In this document: positions 34,839 to 49,804 of the stretch, piece by piece | Numbering within the stretch: position 1 is the first letter of the stretch | Layout: each line of letters starts with the position of its first letter | Assembly (NCBI RefSeq): GCF_013122565.1 | Contig: NZ_CP053258.1 | Length of the DNA stretch: 64,000 bases | Direction: 5' to 3' (one strand) | DNA from: Escherichia coli | Lineage (GTDB): Bacteria; Pseudomonadota; Gammaproteobacteria; Enterobacterales; Enterobacteriaceae | Program-made: the position numbers and the translations under genes | Notes under the pieces: generated by a model | Database searches by the model: none | What the model saw: the letters and a program-made list of their open reading frames with translations, nothing else | What the model was told of the DNA's origin: nothing

Positions 34839-36353
34839 ATGAGTTTTTCCGTTGATGTGCTGGCGAATATCGCCATCGAATTGCAGCGTGGGATTGGTCA
34901 TCAGGATCGTTTTCAGCGCCTGATCACCACGCTGCGTCAGGTGCTGGAGTGCGATGCGTCTGCGTTGCTACGTTACGACTCGCGGCAGTTTATTCCGCTT
35001 GCCATCGACGGGCTGGCGAAGGATGTACTCGGTAGACGCTTTGCGCTGGAAGGTCATCCACGGCTGGAAGCGATTGCCCGCGCGGGTGATGTGGTGCGCT
35101 TTCCCGCAGACAGCGAATTGCCCGATCCCTATGACGGTTTGATTCCAGGGCAGGAGAGTCTGAAGGTTCACGCCTGCGTTGGTCTGCCGCTGTTTGCCGG
35201 GCAAAACCTGATCGGCGCATTGACGCTCGACGGAATGCAGCCCGATCAGTTCGATGTTTTCAGCGACGAAGAGTTACGCCTGATTGCCGCGCTGGCGGCG
35301 GGAGCGTTAAGCAATGCGTTGCTGATTGAGCAACTGGAAAGCCAGAATATGCTGCCGGGCGATGCCACGCCGTTTGAAGCGGTGAAACAGACGCAGATGA
35401 TCGGTCTGTCGCCAGGTATGACGCAATTGAAAAAAGAGATTGAGATTGTGGCGGCGTCCGATCTCAACGTCCTGATCAGCGGTGAGACGGGAACCGGTAA
35501 GGAGCTGGTGGCGAAAGCGATTCATGAAGCCTCGCCACGGGCGGTGAATCCGCTGGTCTATCTCAACTGTGCTGCACTGCCGGAAAGTGTGGCGGAAAGT
35601 GAGTTGTTCGGGCATGTGAAAGGAGCGTTTACTGGCGCTATCAGTAATCGCAGCGGGAAGTTTGAAATGGCGGATAACGGCACGCTGTTTCTGGATGAGA
35701 TCGGCGAGTTGTCGTTGGCATTGCAGGCCAAGCTGCTGAGGGTGTTGCAGTATGGCGATATTCAGCGCGTTGGCGATGACCGTAGTTTGCGGGTCGATGT
35801 GCGCGTGCTGGCGGCGACTAACCGCGACTTACGCGAAGAGGTGCTGGCAGGGCGATTCCGCGCCGATTTGTTTCATCGCCTGAGCGTGTTCCCACTTTCG
35901 GTGCCGCCGCTGCGTGAGCGGGGCGATGATGTCATTCTGCTGGCGGGGTATTTCTGCGAGCAGTGTCGTTTGCGGCTGGGGCTCTCCCGCGTGGTATTAA
36001 GTGCCGGGGCGCGAAATTTACTGCAAAACTACAGTTTTCCGGGAAACGTGCGCGAACTGGAACATGCTATTCATCGGGCGGTAGTACTGTCGAGAGCCAC
36101 CCGCAGCGGCGATGAAGTGATTCTTGAGGCGCAACATTTTGCTTTTCCTGAGGTGACGTTGCCGCCGCCAGAAGTGGCGGCGGTGCCCGTTGTTAAGCAA
36201 AACCTGCGTGAAGCGACAGAAGCGTTCCAGCGTGAAACCATTCGCCAGGCACTGGCACAAAATCATCACAACTGGGCTGCCTGCGCGCGGATGCTGGAAA
36301 CTGACGTCGCCAACCTGCATCGGCTGGCGAAACGTCTGGGATTGAAGGATTAA
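34839..36353 (+). CDS. norR: NO-responsive sigma-54-dependent activator NorR (GAF-AAA+-HTH); start [10 protein letters not shown]
   Basis: GAF N-terminus, AAA+ core ([14 protein letters not shown]), C-terminal HTH; start adjusted to downstream ATG so the operators stay intergenic. Confidence 0.92.
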   Translation: MSFSVDVLANIAIELQRGIGHQDRFQRLITTLRQVLECDASALLRYDSRQFIPLAIDGLAKDVLGRRFALEGHPRLEAIARAGDVVRFPADSELPDPYDGLIPGQESLKVHACVGLPLFAGQNLIGALTLDGMQPDQFDVFSDEELRLIAALAAGALSNALLIEQLESQNMLPGDATPFEAVKQTQMIGLSPGMTQLKKEIEIVAASDLNVLISGETGTGKELVAKAIHEASPRAVNPLVYLNCAALPESVAESELFGHVKGAFTGAISNRSGKFEMADNGTLFLDEIGELSLALQAKLLRVLQYGDIQRVGDDRSLRVDVRVLAATNRDLREEVLAGRFRADLFHRLSVFPLSVPPLRERGDDVILLAGYFCEQCRLRLGLSRVVLSAGARNLLQNYSFPGNVRELEHAIHRAVVLSRATRSGDEVILEAQHFAFPEVTLPPPEVAAVPVVKQNLREATEAFQRETIRQALAQNHHNWAACARMLETDVANLHRLAKRLGLKD

Positions 36354-37315
36354 ATAATCCCGGCCTGATAGAAATCCTGCAGGTTAATTGCGCCGGTGAG
36401 TTTGCCGTTTTCATCCACCACCGGTGCGGCAGTGATTTTGCGCTTCATCAGGATCTCTTTGGCGTCGATGGCGCGACTTTGTGCCTGTAATGTGGTGCCG
36501 CCTGTCGTCATCGCTTCATTAACTGGCGTGGTGAGTGCGCCGCCGCCAACCAGCCAGCGACGTAAATCGCCGTCGGTAAAGACGCCTTGTACCTGTTGTT
36601 GAGCGTCACATACCGCCACCAGCCCCAGACCGGTGCGGCTGAGTTCCAGCATCGCGTCCATTACACTGGCATTTACCGCTACCTGTGGGATAGCGTCATC
36701 ACGACGCATCAGATGATGCACTTTATTCAGCAAGCGAGCGCCCAGTGCCCCAGCTGGGTGGGAGCGGGCAAAATCTTCTTCATTAAATCCGCGCGCCTGC
36801 ATGACTGCCATAGCTAGTGCGTCGCCCATCATCAGGGTATTGACGGTGCTGGAGGTCGGCGCAAGGTGCATCGGACAGGCTTCGCGTTCTACGGAGATAT
36901 CCAGCACCGCTTTCGCCGCCAGGCCCAGCGGTGACGTCGGTTTGCCGGTCATCGCCAGCAGCGCGATAGATTTATCTTCCAGACGCGGAATAATCAGATC
37001 CAGTTCCTTCGCGCCACCGGAGTAAGAGATAAACAGCATCACATCGCGGCTTTCGATCATCCCCAGATCGCCGTGCAGTGCTTCTGCCGGATGGACAAAA
37101 AAAGCCGGTGTGCCGGTACTGGCAAGTGTTGCGGCGATTTTCTTACCAATGTGGCCCGATTTGCCAATTCCCGAAACCACCACTTTGCCTTCGCAGTGCA
37201 GGATGATATTGGCGGCGCGAACAAAATCATCGCCCAGACGTTCCGGTAAACGGCTTGCTTCCTGCAACTCCAGCATTAACGTCTGACGTCCCGCGTTCAG
37301 TAGTGCTTCACTCAT
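36350..37315 (-). CDS. gutQ: D-arabinose 5-phosphate isomerase GutQ (SIS plus tandem CBS)
   Basis: 321-aa ORF; last gene of the srl/gut operon. Confidence 0.9.
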
Positions 37316-38081
37316 TGCTCTCTCCGGTTATGATCACATCGATCCCTTTCTCTTCCAGCGCCTGACGAAACGCCGGATCGATACCTGCGTCGGTAATCAG
37401 CTTATCGACGCTTTCAAGACTGCAAACTACGTTGGGGCTTTTACGGCCAAACTTTGATGAGTCCGCCATCAAAATCACTTCGCGCGCGGCATTGCACATT
37501 GCCTTACTGACGGTATAAACCTCGTTAAAGGTGGTTACGCCCGCATTGAGATCGATGCCGTCGGTGCCCATGAATAATTTGTCGAAGGTGAAATGCTCGA
37601 AGGCATTCTCTGCTAGTTGCCCGTGAAATGAGGCCGATTTTTTGCGAAATGTTCCACCTGGCATCAGGATAGTTTGTTCGTTATCCAATTCGGATAGCGC
37701 ATTGACGATATGCAGGCTGTTGGTCATCACCGTGATGTTATTAAAGCGCGAGAGCAGGGGAACCATCTGCAAAACGGTACTGCCAGCATCCAGAATGATC
37801 GAATCGCCATCATGGATAAAACTAACGGCAGCTTCTGCAATCAGCTCTTTCTTGTGGGTATTGATGAGTGTTTTATGATCGATAGGCGGATCGGATTCCT
37901 CTTTATTCAACACCACTCCGCCATAAGTACGAATGACGGTTCCGGCATGTTCCAGAATGACCAGATCTTTGCGAATGGTTGTGCCTGTGGTGTCAAAGTA
38001 TTGCGCCAATTCTTCAACCGAGCATTTACCCTGCTTTTGCAGATACTCCAGAATGGCGGCCTGACGCTGACGAGGTTTCAT
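37308..38081 (-). CDS. srlR: DeoR-family glucitol operon repressor SrlR
   Basis: 257-aa ORF with DeoR HTH N-terminus. Confidence 0.9.
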
Positions 38082-38147
38082 GGGCGTGATTACCTGATTT
38101 AGGTTTCAAAATGATAACTTCGCAAGCAAGTAACATTCACAACGAAA

Positions 38148-38507
38148 TTATCCACGTTTCAGTTTAAGCGCCAATGATAGAGCATTCTGTGATAGTGGAT
38201 CATGGGGAAAGATCACATCGGGCTGTAAATCACCTGCATGCATGCCGGTAATTGCGGGAATTTTTTGCGGTCGGGCGAAGATGGTCAGTCCTTTCATAAA
38301 CAAGGTGTCGACGATGCGCTGCTGATCGTCCAGCGCGATGGCGACCACGACCCGCGGTTTAAAGCGCCCGCTGGAACGGCCCACGCCAACCCGCCCTTGC
38401 TGGCATAGTGTGTCGAAGGCACGGTTAAAACGAGAAATTTGCCAGCCGCCTAAGGCCAGTTGCGCACACCAGGCGATAACGGCGACGGTGATGAGTGCGG
38501 ATACCAT
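38148..38507 (-). CDS. gutM: Glucitol operon activator GutM
   Basis: 119-aa ORF with N-terminal hydrophobic segment; position after srlD. Confidence 0.88.
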   Translation of the reverse strand: MVSALITVAVIAWCAQLALGGWQISRFNRAFDTLCQQGRVGVGRSSGRFKPRVVVAIALDDQQRIVDTLFMKGLTIFARPQKIPAITGMHAGDLQPDVIFPHDPLSQNALSLALKLKRG

Positions 38508-38538
38508 AACTTTTCCTTAATGTAGTGGCGGAAGTCCT

Positions 38539-38568
38539 GTAGGCCTGATAAGCGTAGCGCATCAGGCA
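38539..38568. repeat. REP element between srlD and gutM
   Basis: GTAGGCCTGATAAGCGTAGCGCATCAGGCA palindrome. Confidence 0.7.
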
Positions 38569-38612
38569 TTCTATTAGTCTTGCGGAGATCCTTAACGGAT
38601 CTCCGCTGTTAA

Positions 38613-39767
<1,155 letters not shown>

Positions 39768-39777
39768 GTTTCAGCCT

Positions 39778-41315
<1,538 letters not shown>

Positions 41316-41552
41316 TTATTGTTTTATTACCAAACGGCAACCTAATCTAATCAGATCGAAAGATTTAAAAGTGTTATTTTGATCGCAAAATGAAAGATAA
41401 ATATTTTAATTTGAAAGTTTGAATAAAAGGATAGCGAGGAGAATGAGTTGAGTTATGTAAAGTCCGTATCGGGCAGTGACTACCGCTTCCTTGTGCGGGG
41501 CGGGATGCTTTACCATACTTGCCCCTGGTTGAATCTGTTAAATGGACCCCTC

Positions 41553-42638
41553 ATGTTCAAGCGTCGTTATGTAACATTGCTTCCCCTTTTTGTGTTGCTT
41601 GCCGCCTGTAGCAGCAAGCCAAAACCTACTGAGACTGAAACGACCACCGGAACGCCGTCTGGCGGCTTCCTGCTTGAGCCGCAGCACAATGTGATGCAGA
41701 TGGGCGGTGACTTCGCCAATAACCCGAATGCTCAGCAGTTCATCGACAAAATGGTGAACAAACACGGTTTCGATCGTCAGCAGTTGCAGGAAATTCTCTC
41801 CCAGGCGAAACGTCTGGATTCGGTACTGCGGCTGATGGATAACCAGGCACCAACCACATCGGTGAAACCGCCATCAGGTCCGAACGGCGCATGGCTGCGT
41901 TATCGCAAAAAATTTATTACGCCGGACAACGTGCAGAACGGTGTGGTTTTCTGGAATCAGTATGAAGATGCGTTGAATCGCGCGTGGCAGGTGTATGGCG
42001 TACCGCCGGAAATTATCGTCGGGATTATCGGCGTTGAAACCCGCTGGGGGCGCGTGATGGGGAAAACTCGCATCCTCGATGCGCTGGCAACGCTGTCATT
42101 TAACTACCCACGCCGCGCGGAATATTTCTCTGGCGAGCTGGAAACCTTCCTGCTGATGGCGCGCGACGAGCAGGACGATCCGCTCAATCTGAAAGGTTCC
42201 TTTGCCGGGGCGATGGGCTACGGACAGTTTATGCCGTCGTCTTACAAACAATATGCGGTAGATTTCAGCGGCGACGGGCATATCAACCTGTGGGATCCGG
42301 TTGATGCGATCGGTAGCGTGGCGAATTATTTCAAAGCGCATGGCTGGGTGAAAGGCGATCAGGTCGCGGTAATGGCAAACGGTCAGGCTCCAGGCTTGCC
42401 AAATGGCTTCAAAACCAGGTACAGCATTTCGCAGCTTGCTGCGGCAGGTTTAACGCCACAGCAGCCGCTGGGCAACCATCAACAAGCCAGCCTGCTGCGT
42501 CTGGATGTTGGAACAGGTTACCAGTACTGGTACGGTCTGCCGAACTTCTACACCATTACCCGTTATAACCACAGCACCCATTACGCAATGGCGGTCTGGC
42601 AGTTAGGACAAGCCGTGGCGCTGGCGCGCGTGCAGTAA
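41553..42638 (+). CDS. mltB: Membrane-bound lytic murein transglycosylase B (start MFKRRYVTLLPLFVLLAAC lipoprotein signal)
   Basis: Lipobox LLAACSS after the internal ATG; ORF track begins 35 codons upstream. Confidence 0.92.
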   Translation: MFKRRYVTLLPLFVLLAACSSKPKPTETETTTGTPSGGFLLEPQHNVMQMGGDFANNPNAQQFIDKMVNKHGFDRQQLQEILSQAKRLDSVLRLMDNQAPTTSVKPPSGPNGAWLRYRKKFITPDNVQNGVVFWNQYEDALNRAWQVYGVPPEIIVGIIGVETRWGRVMGKTRILDALATLSFNYPRRAEYFSGELETFLLMARDEQDDPLNLKGSFAGAMGYGQFMPSSYKQYAVDFSGDGHINLWDPVDAIGSVANYFKAHGWVKGDQVAVMANGQAPGLPNGFKTRYSISQLAAAGLTPQQPLGNHQQASLLRLDVGTGYQYWYGLPNFYTITRYNHSTHYAMAVWQLGQAVALARVQ

Positions 42639-42676
42639 CTATTTGCAAGAGGGGGGTTAAACTTCCCTCTCCTTTC

Positions 42677-42916
42677 TTACTGTTTATTCGAATTACGTAA
42701 TTGCTTGATTTTTTTCGACAGCGATATCGCATATCCCAGGCAGACAACGCCTAATGCAGCCTGGCCGAAGTCGAAAGGTTCAAGATAGCCAGAAGATAAA
42801 ATTTTACATACCACTGCAACCAGGGCGCTGACGCCGCCAATGGTGACCCACATGCGCATTTGCGTAGTCTGTTTGAGCACGTTTTGTGGGGGGTTATCCT
42901 TTTTCTTTGTTGCCAT
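42677..42916 (-). CDS. Candidate small inner-membrane protein (79 aa, two predicted TM helices, basic termini), not on my recalled K-12 gene list
   Basis: ATG preceded by GGGAGA Shine-Dalgarno about 8 nt upstream; two hydrophobic segments; sits in a 459-bp gap between mltB and pncC. Confidence 0.45.
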   Translation of the reverse strand: MATKKKDNPPQNVLKQTTQMRMWVTIGGVSALVAVVCKILSSGYLEPFDFGQAALGVVCLGYAISLSKKIKQLRNSNKQ

Positions 42917-43097
42917 TGCTTTTCTCTCCCTGTGAATACATATCAATGTGAACGCGGCATGGTAGCCTTTTTTCTTTACCGGTTGGTCGTAACAGTCTTA
43001 TTTCGGAATGCGACTCGTAAAATGAATCGCTCGTCCCCATCTTCTGCGGGAAAGTGCTATCTTGTCCGGCATAAATTTTTGACTGACAGAGGTTGTG

Positions 43098-43595
43098 ATG
43101 ACTGACAGTGAACTGATGCAGTTAAGCGAACAGGTTGGGCAGGCGCTGAAAGCCCGTGGCGCAACCGTAACAACCGCTGAGTCTTGTACCGGCGGTTGGG
43201 TAGCGAAAGTGATTACCGATATTGCCGGTAGCTCCGCCTGGTTTGAACGCGGATTTGTCACCTACAGTAACGAAGCCAAAGCGCAGATGATCGGCGTACG
43301 CGAAGAGACGCTGGCGCAGCATGGCGCGGTGAGCGAACCTGTCGTGGTGGAAATGGCGATAGGTGCACTGAAAGCGGCTCGTGCTGATTATGCCGTGTCT
43401 ATTAGTGGTATCGCCGGGCCGGATGGCGGCAGTGAAGAGAAGCCTGTCGGCACCGTCTGGTTTGCTTTTGCCACTGCCCGCGGTGAAGGCATTACCCGGC
43501 GGGAATGCTTCAGCGGTGACCGTGATGCGGTGCGTCGTCAGGCTACTGCGTATGCATTGCAGACCTTGTGGCAACAATTTCTACAAAACACTTGA
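43098..43595 (+). CDS. pncC: NMN amidohydrolase PncC (CinA-like C-terminal domain)
   Basis: 165-aa ORF (MTDSELMQLSEQ); immediately upstream of recA. Confidence 0.92.
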   Translation: MTDSELMQLSEQVGQALKARGATVTTAESCTGGWVAKVITDIAGSSAWFERGFVTYSNEAKAQMIGVREETLAQHGAVSEPVVVEMAIGALKAARADYAVSISGIAGPDGGSEEKPVGTVWFAFATARGEGITRRECFSGDRDAVRRQATAYALQTLWQQFLQNT

Positions 43596-44736
<1,141 letters not shown>

Positions 44737-44804
44737 TCGTCTGGTTTGATACTCAAGGGTCGCATCTGCGGCCCTTTTGCTTTTTTAAGTTGTAAGGATA
44801 TGCC

Positions 44805-45305
44805 ATGACAGAATCAACATCCCGTCGCCCGGCATATGCTCGCCTGTTGGATCGTGCGGTACGCATTCTGGCGGTGCGCGATCACAGTGAGCAAGAATTG
44901 CGACGTAAACTCGCGGCACCGATTATGGGCAAAAATGGCCCGGAAGAGATTGATGCTACGGCAGAAGATTACGAACGCGTTATTGCCTGGTGCCATGAAC
45001 ATGGCTATCTCGATGACAGCCGATTTGTGGCGCGCTTTATCGCCAGCCGTAGCCGCAAAGGTTATGGACCTGCGCGTATTCGTCAGGAACTGAATCAGAA
45101 AGGTATTTCCCGCGAAGCGACAGAAAAAGCGATGAGTGAATGTGACATCGACTGGTGCGCACTGGCGCGCGATCAGGCGACGCGAAAATATGGCGAACCT
45201 TTGCCAACTGTCTTTTCAGAAAAAGTTAAGATCCAGCGTTTTCTGCTCTATCGTGGCTATCTGATGGAAGATATCCAGGATATTTGGCGAAATTTTGCCG
45301 ACTGA
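44805..45305 (+). CDS. recX: RecA regulator RecX
   Basis: 166-aa ORF downstream of recA. Confidence 0.93.
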   Translation: MTESTSRRPAYARLLDRAVRILAVRDHSEQELRRKLAAPIMGKNGPEEIDATAEDYERVIAWCHEHGYLDDSRFVARFIASRSRKGYGPARIRQELNQKGISREATEKAMSECDIDWCALARDQATRKYGEPLPTVFSEKVKIQRFLLYRGYLMEDIQDIWRNFAD

Positions 45306-45432
45306 ACGCATACGGTATTTTACTTCCCAGTCAAGAAAACTTATCTTATTCCCACTTTTCAGTTACCAGCCCGGCGGTTAAGACACGCTGGAGCTGGTGG
45401 CGATATTTCGTTAGCTTGATTTCAGGATAATT

Positions 45433-48063
45433 ATGAGCAAGAGCACCGCTGAGATCCGTCAGGCGTTTCTCGACTTTTTCCATAGTAAGGGACATCAGGT
45501 AGTTGCCAGCAGCTCCCTGGTACCCCATAACGACCCAACTTTGTTGTTTACCAACGCCGGGATGAACCAGTTCAAGGATGTGTTCCTTGGGCTCGACAAG
45601 CGTAATTATTCCCGCGCTACCACTTCCCAACGCTGCGTGCGTGCGGGTGGTAAACACAACGACCTGGAAAACGTCGGTTACACCGCGCGTCACCATACCT
45701 TCTTCGAAATGCTGGGCAACTTCAGCTTCGGCGACTATTTCAAACACGATGCCATTCAGTTTGCATGGGAACTGCTGACCAGCGAAAAATGGTTTGCCCT
45801 GCCGAAAGAGCGTCTGTGGGTTACCGTCTATGAAAGCGACGACGAAGCCTACGAAATCTGGGAAAAAGAAGTCGGGATCCCGCGCGAACGTATTATTCGC
45901 ATCGGCGATAACAAAGGTGCGCCATACGCATCTGACAACTTCTGGCAGATGGGTGACACTGGTCCGTGCGGCCCGTGCACCGAAATCTTCTACGATCACG
46001 GCGACCACATTTGGGGTGGCCCTCCGGGAAGTCCGGAAGAAGACGGCGACCGCTACATTGAGATCTGGAACATCGTCTTCATGCAGTTCAACCGCCAGGC
46101 CGATGGCACGATGGAACCGCTGCCGAAGCCGTCTGTAGATACCGGTATGGGTCTGGAGCGTATTGCTGCGGTGCTGCAACACGTTAACTCTAACTATGAC
46201 ATCGACCTGTTCCGCACGTTGATCCAGGCGGTAGCGAAAGTCACTGGCGCGACCGATCTGAGCAATAAATCGCTGCGCGTAATCGCTGACCACATTCGTT
46301 CTTGTGCGTTCCTGATCGCGGATGGCGTAATGCCGTCCAATGAAAACCGTGGTTATGTACTGCGTCGTATCATTCGTCGCGCAGTGCGTCACGGTAATAT
46401 GCTCGGCGCGAAAGAAACCTTCTTCTACAAACTGGTTGGTCCGCTGATCGACGTTATGGGCTCTGCGGGTGAAGACCTGAAACGCCAGCAGGCTCAGGTT
46501 GAGCAGGTGCTGAAGACTGAAGAAGAGCAGTTTGCCCGTACTCTGGAGCGCGGTCTGGCGCTGCTGGATGAAGAGCTGGCAAAACTTTCCGGCGACACGC
46601 TGGATGGTGAAACTGCTTTCCGTCTGTACGACACCTATGGCTTCCCGGTTGACCTGACGGCTGATGTTTGTCGTGAGCGCAACATCAAAGTTGACGAAGC
46701 TGGTTTTGAAGCAGCAATGGAAGAGCAGCGTCGTCGGGCGCGCGAAGCCAGCGGCTTTGGTGCCGATTACAACGCAATGATCCGTGTTGACAGTGCATCT
46801 GAATTTAAAGGCTATGACCATCTGGAACTGAACGGCAAAGTGACCGCGCTGTTTGTTGATGGTAAAGCGGTTGATGCTATCAATGCAGGCCAGGAAGCTG
46901 TGGTCGTGCTGGATCAAACGCCATTCTATGCGGAATCCGGCGGTCAGGTTGGCGATAAAGGCGAACTGAAAGGCGCTAACTTCTCCTTTGCGGTGGAAGA
47001 TACGCAGAAATACGGCCAGGCGATTGGTCACATCGGTAAACTTGCTGCGGGTTCTCTGAAAGTGGGCGACGCGGTGCAGGCTGATGTTGATGAGGCTCGT
47101 CGCGCCCGTATTCGTCTGAATCACTCCGCAACGCACCTGATGCACGCTGCGCTGCGCCAGGTTCTGGGTACTCATGTATCGCAGAAAGGTTCACTGGTTA
47201 ACGACAAAGTGCTGCGCTTCGACTTCTCACACAACGAAGCGATGAAACCAGAAGAGATTCGTGCGGTCGAAGACCTGGTGAACGCACAGATTCGTCGCAA
47301 TTTGCCGATCGAAACCAACATCATGGATCTCGAAGCGGCGAAAGCGAAAGGTGCGATGGCGCTGTTCGGCGAGAAGTATGATGAGCGCGTACGCGTGCTG
47401 AGCATGGGCGATTTCTCCACCGAGTTGTGTGGCGGTACTCACGCCAGCCGCACTGGTGATATTGGTCTGTTCCGCATCATCTCTGAATCGGGTACTGCTG
47501 CAGGCGTTCGTCGTATCGAAGCGGTAACCGGAGAAGGCGCTATCGCCACCGTTCATGCAGACAGCGATCGCTTAAGCGAAGTCGCACATCTGCTGAAAGG
47601 CGATAGCAATAATCTGGCTGATAAAGTGCGCTCAGTACTGGAACGTACGCGTCAGCTGGAAAAAGAGTTACAACAGCTTAAAGAACAAGCTGCCGCACAG
47701 GAGAGCGCAAATCTTTCCAGTAAGGCAATTGATGTTAATGGTGTTAAGCTGTTGGTTAGCGAGCTTAGCGGTGTTGAGCCGAAGATGTTGCGTACCATGG
47801 TTGACGATTTAAAAAATCAGCTGGGGTCGACAATTATCGTGCTGGCAACGGTAGCCGAAGGTAAGGTTTCTCTGATTGCAGGCGTATCTAAGGACGTCAC
47901 AGATCGTGTGAAAGCAGGGGAACTGATTGGTATGGTCGCTCAGCAGGTGGGCGGCAAGGGTGGTGGACGTCCTGACATGGCGCAAGCCGGTGGTACGGAT
48001 GCTGCGGCCTTACCTGCAGCGTTAGCCAGTGTGAAAGGCTGGGTCAGCGCGAAATTGCAATAA
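45433..48063 (+). CDS. alaS: Alanine--tRNA ligase AlaS
   Basis: 876-aa ORF; recognised class II aaRS sequence. Confidence 0.97.
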   Translation: MSKSTAEIRQAFLDFFHSKGHQVVASSSLVPHNDPTLLFTNAGMNQFKDVFLGLDKRNYSRATTSQRCVRAGGKHNDLENVGYTARHHTFFEMLGNFSFGDYFKHDAIQFAWELLTSEKWFALPKERLWVTVYESDDEAYEIWEKEVGIPRERIIRIGDNKGAPYASDNFWQMGDTGPCGPCTEIFYDHGDHIWGGPPGSPEEDGDRYIEIWNIVFMQFNRQADGTMEPLPKPSVDTGMGLERIAAVLQHVNSNYDIDLFRTLIQAVAKVTGATDLSNKSLRVIADHIRSCAFLIADGVMPSNENRGYVLRRIIRRAVRHGNMLGAKETFFYKLVGPLIDVMGSAGEDLKRQQAQVEQVLKTEEEQFARTLERGLALLDEELAKLSGDTLDGETAFRLYDTYGFPVDLTADVCRERNIKVDEAGFEAAMEEQRRRAREASGFGADYNAMIRVDSASEFKGYDHLELNGKVTALFVDGKAVDAINAGQEAVVVLDQTPFYAESGGQVGDKGELKGANFSFAVEDTQKYGQAIGHIGKLAAGSLKVGDAVQADVDEARRARIRLNHSATHLMHAALRQVLGTHVSQKGSLVNDKVLRFDFSHNEAMKPEEIRAVEDLVNAQIRRNLPIETNIMDLEAAKAKGAMALFGEKYDERVRVLSMGDFSTELCGGTHASRTGDIGLFRIISESGTAAGVRRIEAVTGEGAIATVHADSDRLSEVAHLLKGDSNNLADKVRSVLERTRQLEKELQQLKEQAAAQESANLSSKAIDVNGVKLLVSELSGVEPKMLRTMVDDLKNQLGSTIIVLATVAEGKVSLIAGVSKDVTDRVKAGELIGMVAQQVGGKGGGRPDMAQAGGTDAAALPAALASVKGWVSAKLQ

Positions 48064-48297
48064 TATAAGCGTCAGGCAATGCCGTGGACTCGCTTCACGG
48101 CATTCGCATTAACGCTATCGACAACGATAAAGTCAGGTTGAAGTTGTGTATATCGGCTAAACTTAGGTTTAACAGAATGTAATGCCATGACTGCTTAGAT
48201 GTAATGTGTTTGTCATTGCTTACTTTTTGGCGTTATATGATGGATAATGCCGGGATACAGAGAGACCCGACTCTTTTAATCTTTCAAGGAGCAAAGA

Positions 48298-48483
48298 ATG
48301 CTGATTCTGACTCGTCGAGTTGGTGAGACCCTCATGATTGGGGATGAGGTCACCGTGACAGTTTTAGGGGTAAAGGGCAACCAGGTACGTATTGGCGTAA
48401 ATGCCCCGAAGGAAGTTTCTGTTCACCGTGAAGAGATCTACCAGCGTATCCAGGCTGAAAAATCCCAGCAGTCCAGTTACTAA
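48298..48483 (+). CDS. csrA: Carbon storage regulator CsrA
   Basis: 61-aa [51 protein letters not shown]. Confidence 0.98.
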
Positions 48484-48489
48484 TCTTTC

Positions 48490-48516
48490 CGCGTCTCATC
48501 TTTATCGGTGAGACGC
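48490..48516 (+). terminator. Hairpin downstream of csrA (CGCGTCTCA..TGAGACGC)
   Basis: Inverted repeat read in sequence; no strong T-tract. Confidence 0.5.
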
Positions 48517-48708
48517 ACCCTCAAAATTTCTCCTTCACTCCATTGTCTTTTCGCTTTACTCCCGTTCATTCAACTTAAGTCTCCATTTTTTTGCATTACT
48601 GCTATCTGCCAGACCTCCGTTTTTCTGTTGATAAAACACTCTTTTTGACGTTTTTACAGACTAATTGAGCGTGAAGTGTGCAAACGATAAAAGTGTGGGA
48701 AAAATTGT

Positions 48709-48736
48709 TTGACTTATAAGTCTCAGAAAGTAATAT
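48709..48736 (+). promoter_or_regulatory. Promoter of the serV-argVYZQ tRNA operon (-35 TTGACT, 16-nt spacer, -10 TAATAT, GC-rich discriminator)
   Basis: Consensus-like hexamers with A-rich upstream tract and GCGCCACGC discriminator typical of stringently controlled stable-RNA promoters. Confidence 0.7.
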
Positions 48737-48798
48737 GTGCGCCACGCAGCGACGATGAGCGATAAACAAGTTCTTCGAAGCACTCGTAAGAGGCGTGT

Positions 48799-48891
48799 GG
48801 TGAGGTGGCCGAGAGGCTGAAGGCGCTCCCCTGCTAAGGGAGTATGCGGTTAAAAGCTGCATCCGGGGTTCGAATCCCCGCCTCACCGCCA
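48799..48891 (+). tRNA. serV: tRNA-Ser (anticodon GCU), long variable arm, encoded CCA
   Basis: GGTGAGGTGGCCGAGAGG...CTGCTAA anticodon loop...GGTTCGAATCC T-arm...CACCGCCA. Confidence 0.95.
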
Positions 48892-48894
48892 TTT

Positions 48895-48971
48895 GCATCC
48901 GTAGCTCAGCTGGATAGAGTACTCGGCTACGAACCGAGCGGTCGGAGGTTCGAATCCTCCCGGATGCACCA
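48895..48971 (+). tRNA. argV: tRNA-Arg (anticodon ACG), copy 1
   Basis: GCATCCGTAGCTCAGCTGGATAGAGTACTCGGCTACGAACCGAGCGGTCGGAGGTTCGAATCCTCCCGGATGCACCA. Confidence 0.95.
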
Positions 48972-49105
48972 TATTCTACGTACTTTCAGCGATGAAGGTA
49001 TGGAAGAGGTGGCGGTAATAACCGCAGGCACCAGGGAGGATAACGTTGCTTTAGCAACGGCCCGAAGGGCGAGCCGCAAGGCGAGTAATCCTCCCGGATG
49101 CACCA
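48972..49105 (+). repeat. Spacer unit A (about 134 nt) ending in a pseudo-copy of the tRNA-Arg 3' end (AATCCTCCCGGATGCACCA); second copy at 49525-49657
   Basis: Two copies of roughly 85% identity by eye, both ending in the last 18-19 nt of tRNA-Arg; internal hairpins retained in both. Confidence 0.8.
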
Positions 49106-49169
49106 TCTCTTACTTGATACGGCTTTAGTAGCGGTATCAAAAAATCTGCAGTAAAGTAAGTTTCCCGAT

Positions 49170-49246
49170 GCATCCGTAGCTCAGCTGGATAGAGTACTCG
49201 GCTACGAACCGAGCGGTCGGAGGTTCGAATCCTCCCGGATGCACCA
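49170..49246 (+). tRNA. argY: tRNA-Arg (ACG), copy 2
   Basis: Identical 77-nt tRNA-Arg sequence. Confidence 0.95.
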
Positions 49247-49308
49247 TCTCTTACTTGATATGGCTTTAGTAGCGGTATCAATATCAGCAGTAAAATAAAT
49301 TTTCCGAT

Positions 49309-49385
49309 GCATCCGTAGCTCAGCTGGATAGAGTACTCGGCTACGAACCGAGCGGTCGGAGGTTCGAATCCTCCCGGATGCACCA
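49309..49385 (+). tRNA. argZ: tRNA-Arg (ACG), copy 3
   Basis: Identical 77-nt tRNA-Arg sequence. Confidence 0.95.
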
Positions 49386-49447
49386 TCTCTTAATTGATAT
49401 GGCTTTAGTAGCGGTATCAATATCAGCAGTAAAATAAATTTCCCGAT

Positions 49448-49524
49448 GCATCCGTAGCTCAGCTGGATAGAGTACTCGGCTACGAACCGAGCGGTCGGAG
49501 GTTCGAATCCTCCCGGATGCACCA
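49448..49524 (+). tRNA. argQ: tRNA-Arg (ACG), copy 4
   Basis: Identical 77-nt tRNA-Arg sequence. Confidence 0.95.
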
Positions 49525-49657
49525 TATTCTCCGAAATCTTCAGCAATGAAGGTATCGAAGAGGTAGCGGAATTAACCGCAGGCACCAGGGAGGATAACGT
49601 TGCGCCAGCAACGGTCCGAAGGGCGAACGCCAGTGAGTCATCCTCCCGGATGCACCA
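49525..49657 (+). repeat. Spacer unit A, second copy, downstream of the last tRNA-Arg
   Basis: See 48972-49105; ends in ATCCTCCCGGATGCACCA. Confidence 0.8.
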
Positions 49658-49804
49658 TCTTCTCCCAAAAATTTCCTTCAAAAATATCTCATTTCTAAAT
49701 AACTACTTTATCCATTTCCTGAATTTTCTTCTCCTTCTCCATCAGCGACAAAATCAAGCAATTACGCTAAAGTAGCGTCATATTTTTCGACTTGCGAGAA
49801 GACC

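Noticed and set aside
42677-42946. Longer 89-aa version of the small membrane ORF
   Set aside because: The extension begins at a non-ATG codon without a Shine-Dalgarno; the internal ATG with GGGAGA is the more plausible start.
45346-47175. 609-aa ORF antisense to alaS
   Set aside because: It lies entirely within and opposite the unambiguous alaS gene, has no recognisable motifs, and long antisense ORFs are common artefacts in GC-balanced coding sequence.
48895-49657. Possible CRISPR array suggested by regularly spaced identical repeats
   Set aside because: The repeats are 77-nt tRNA-Arg genes with cloverleaf structure and CCA ends, the spacers are themselves repeated, and no cas genes are present.
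48602-49681. Minus-strand ORFs (98, 111 and 159 aa) spanning the tRNA cluster
   Set aside because: They read through tRNA genes and repeat units; their internal repetition reflects the tRNA repeats, not coding sequence.
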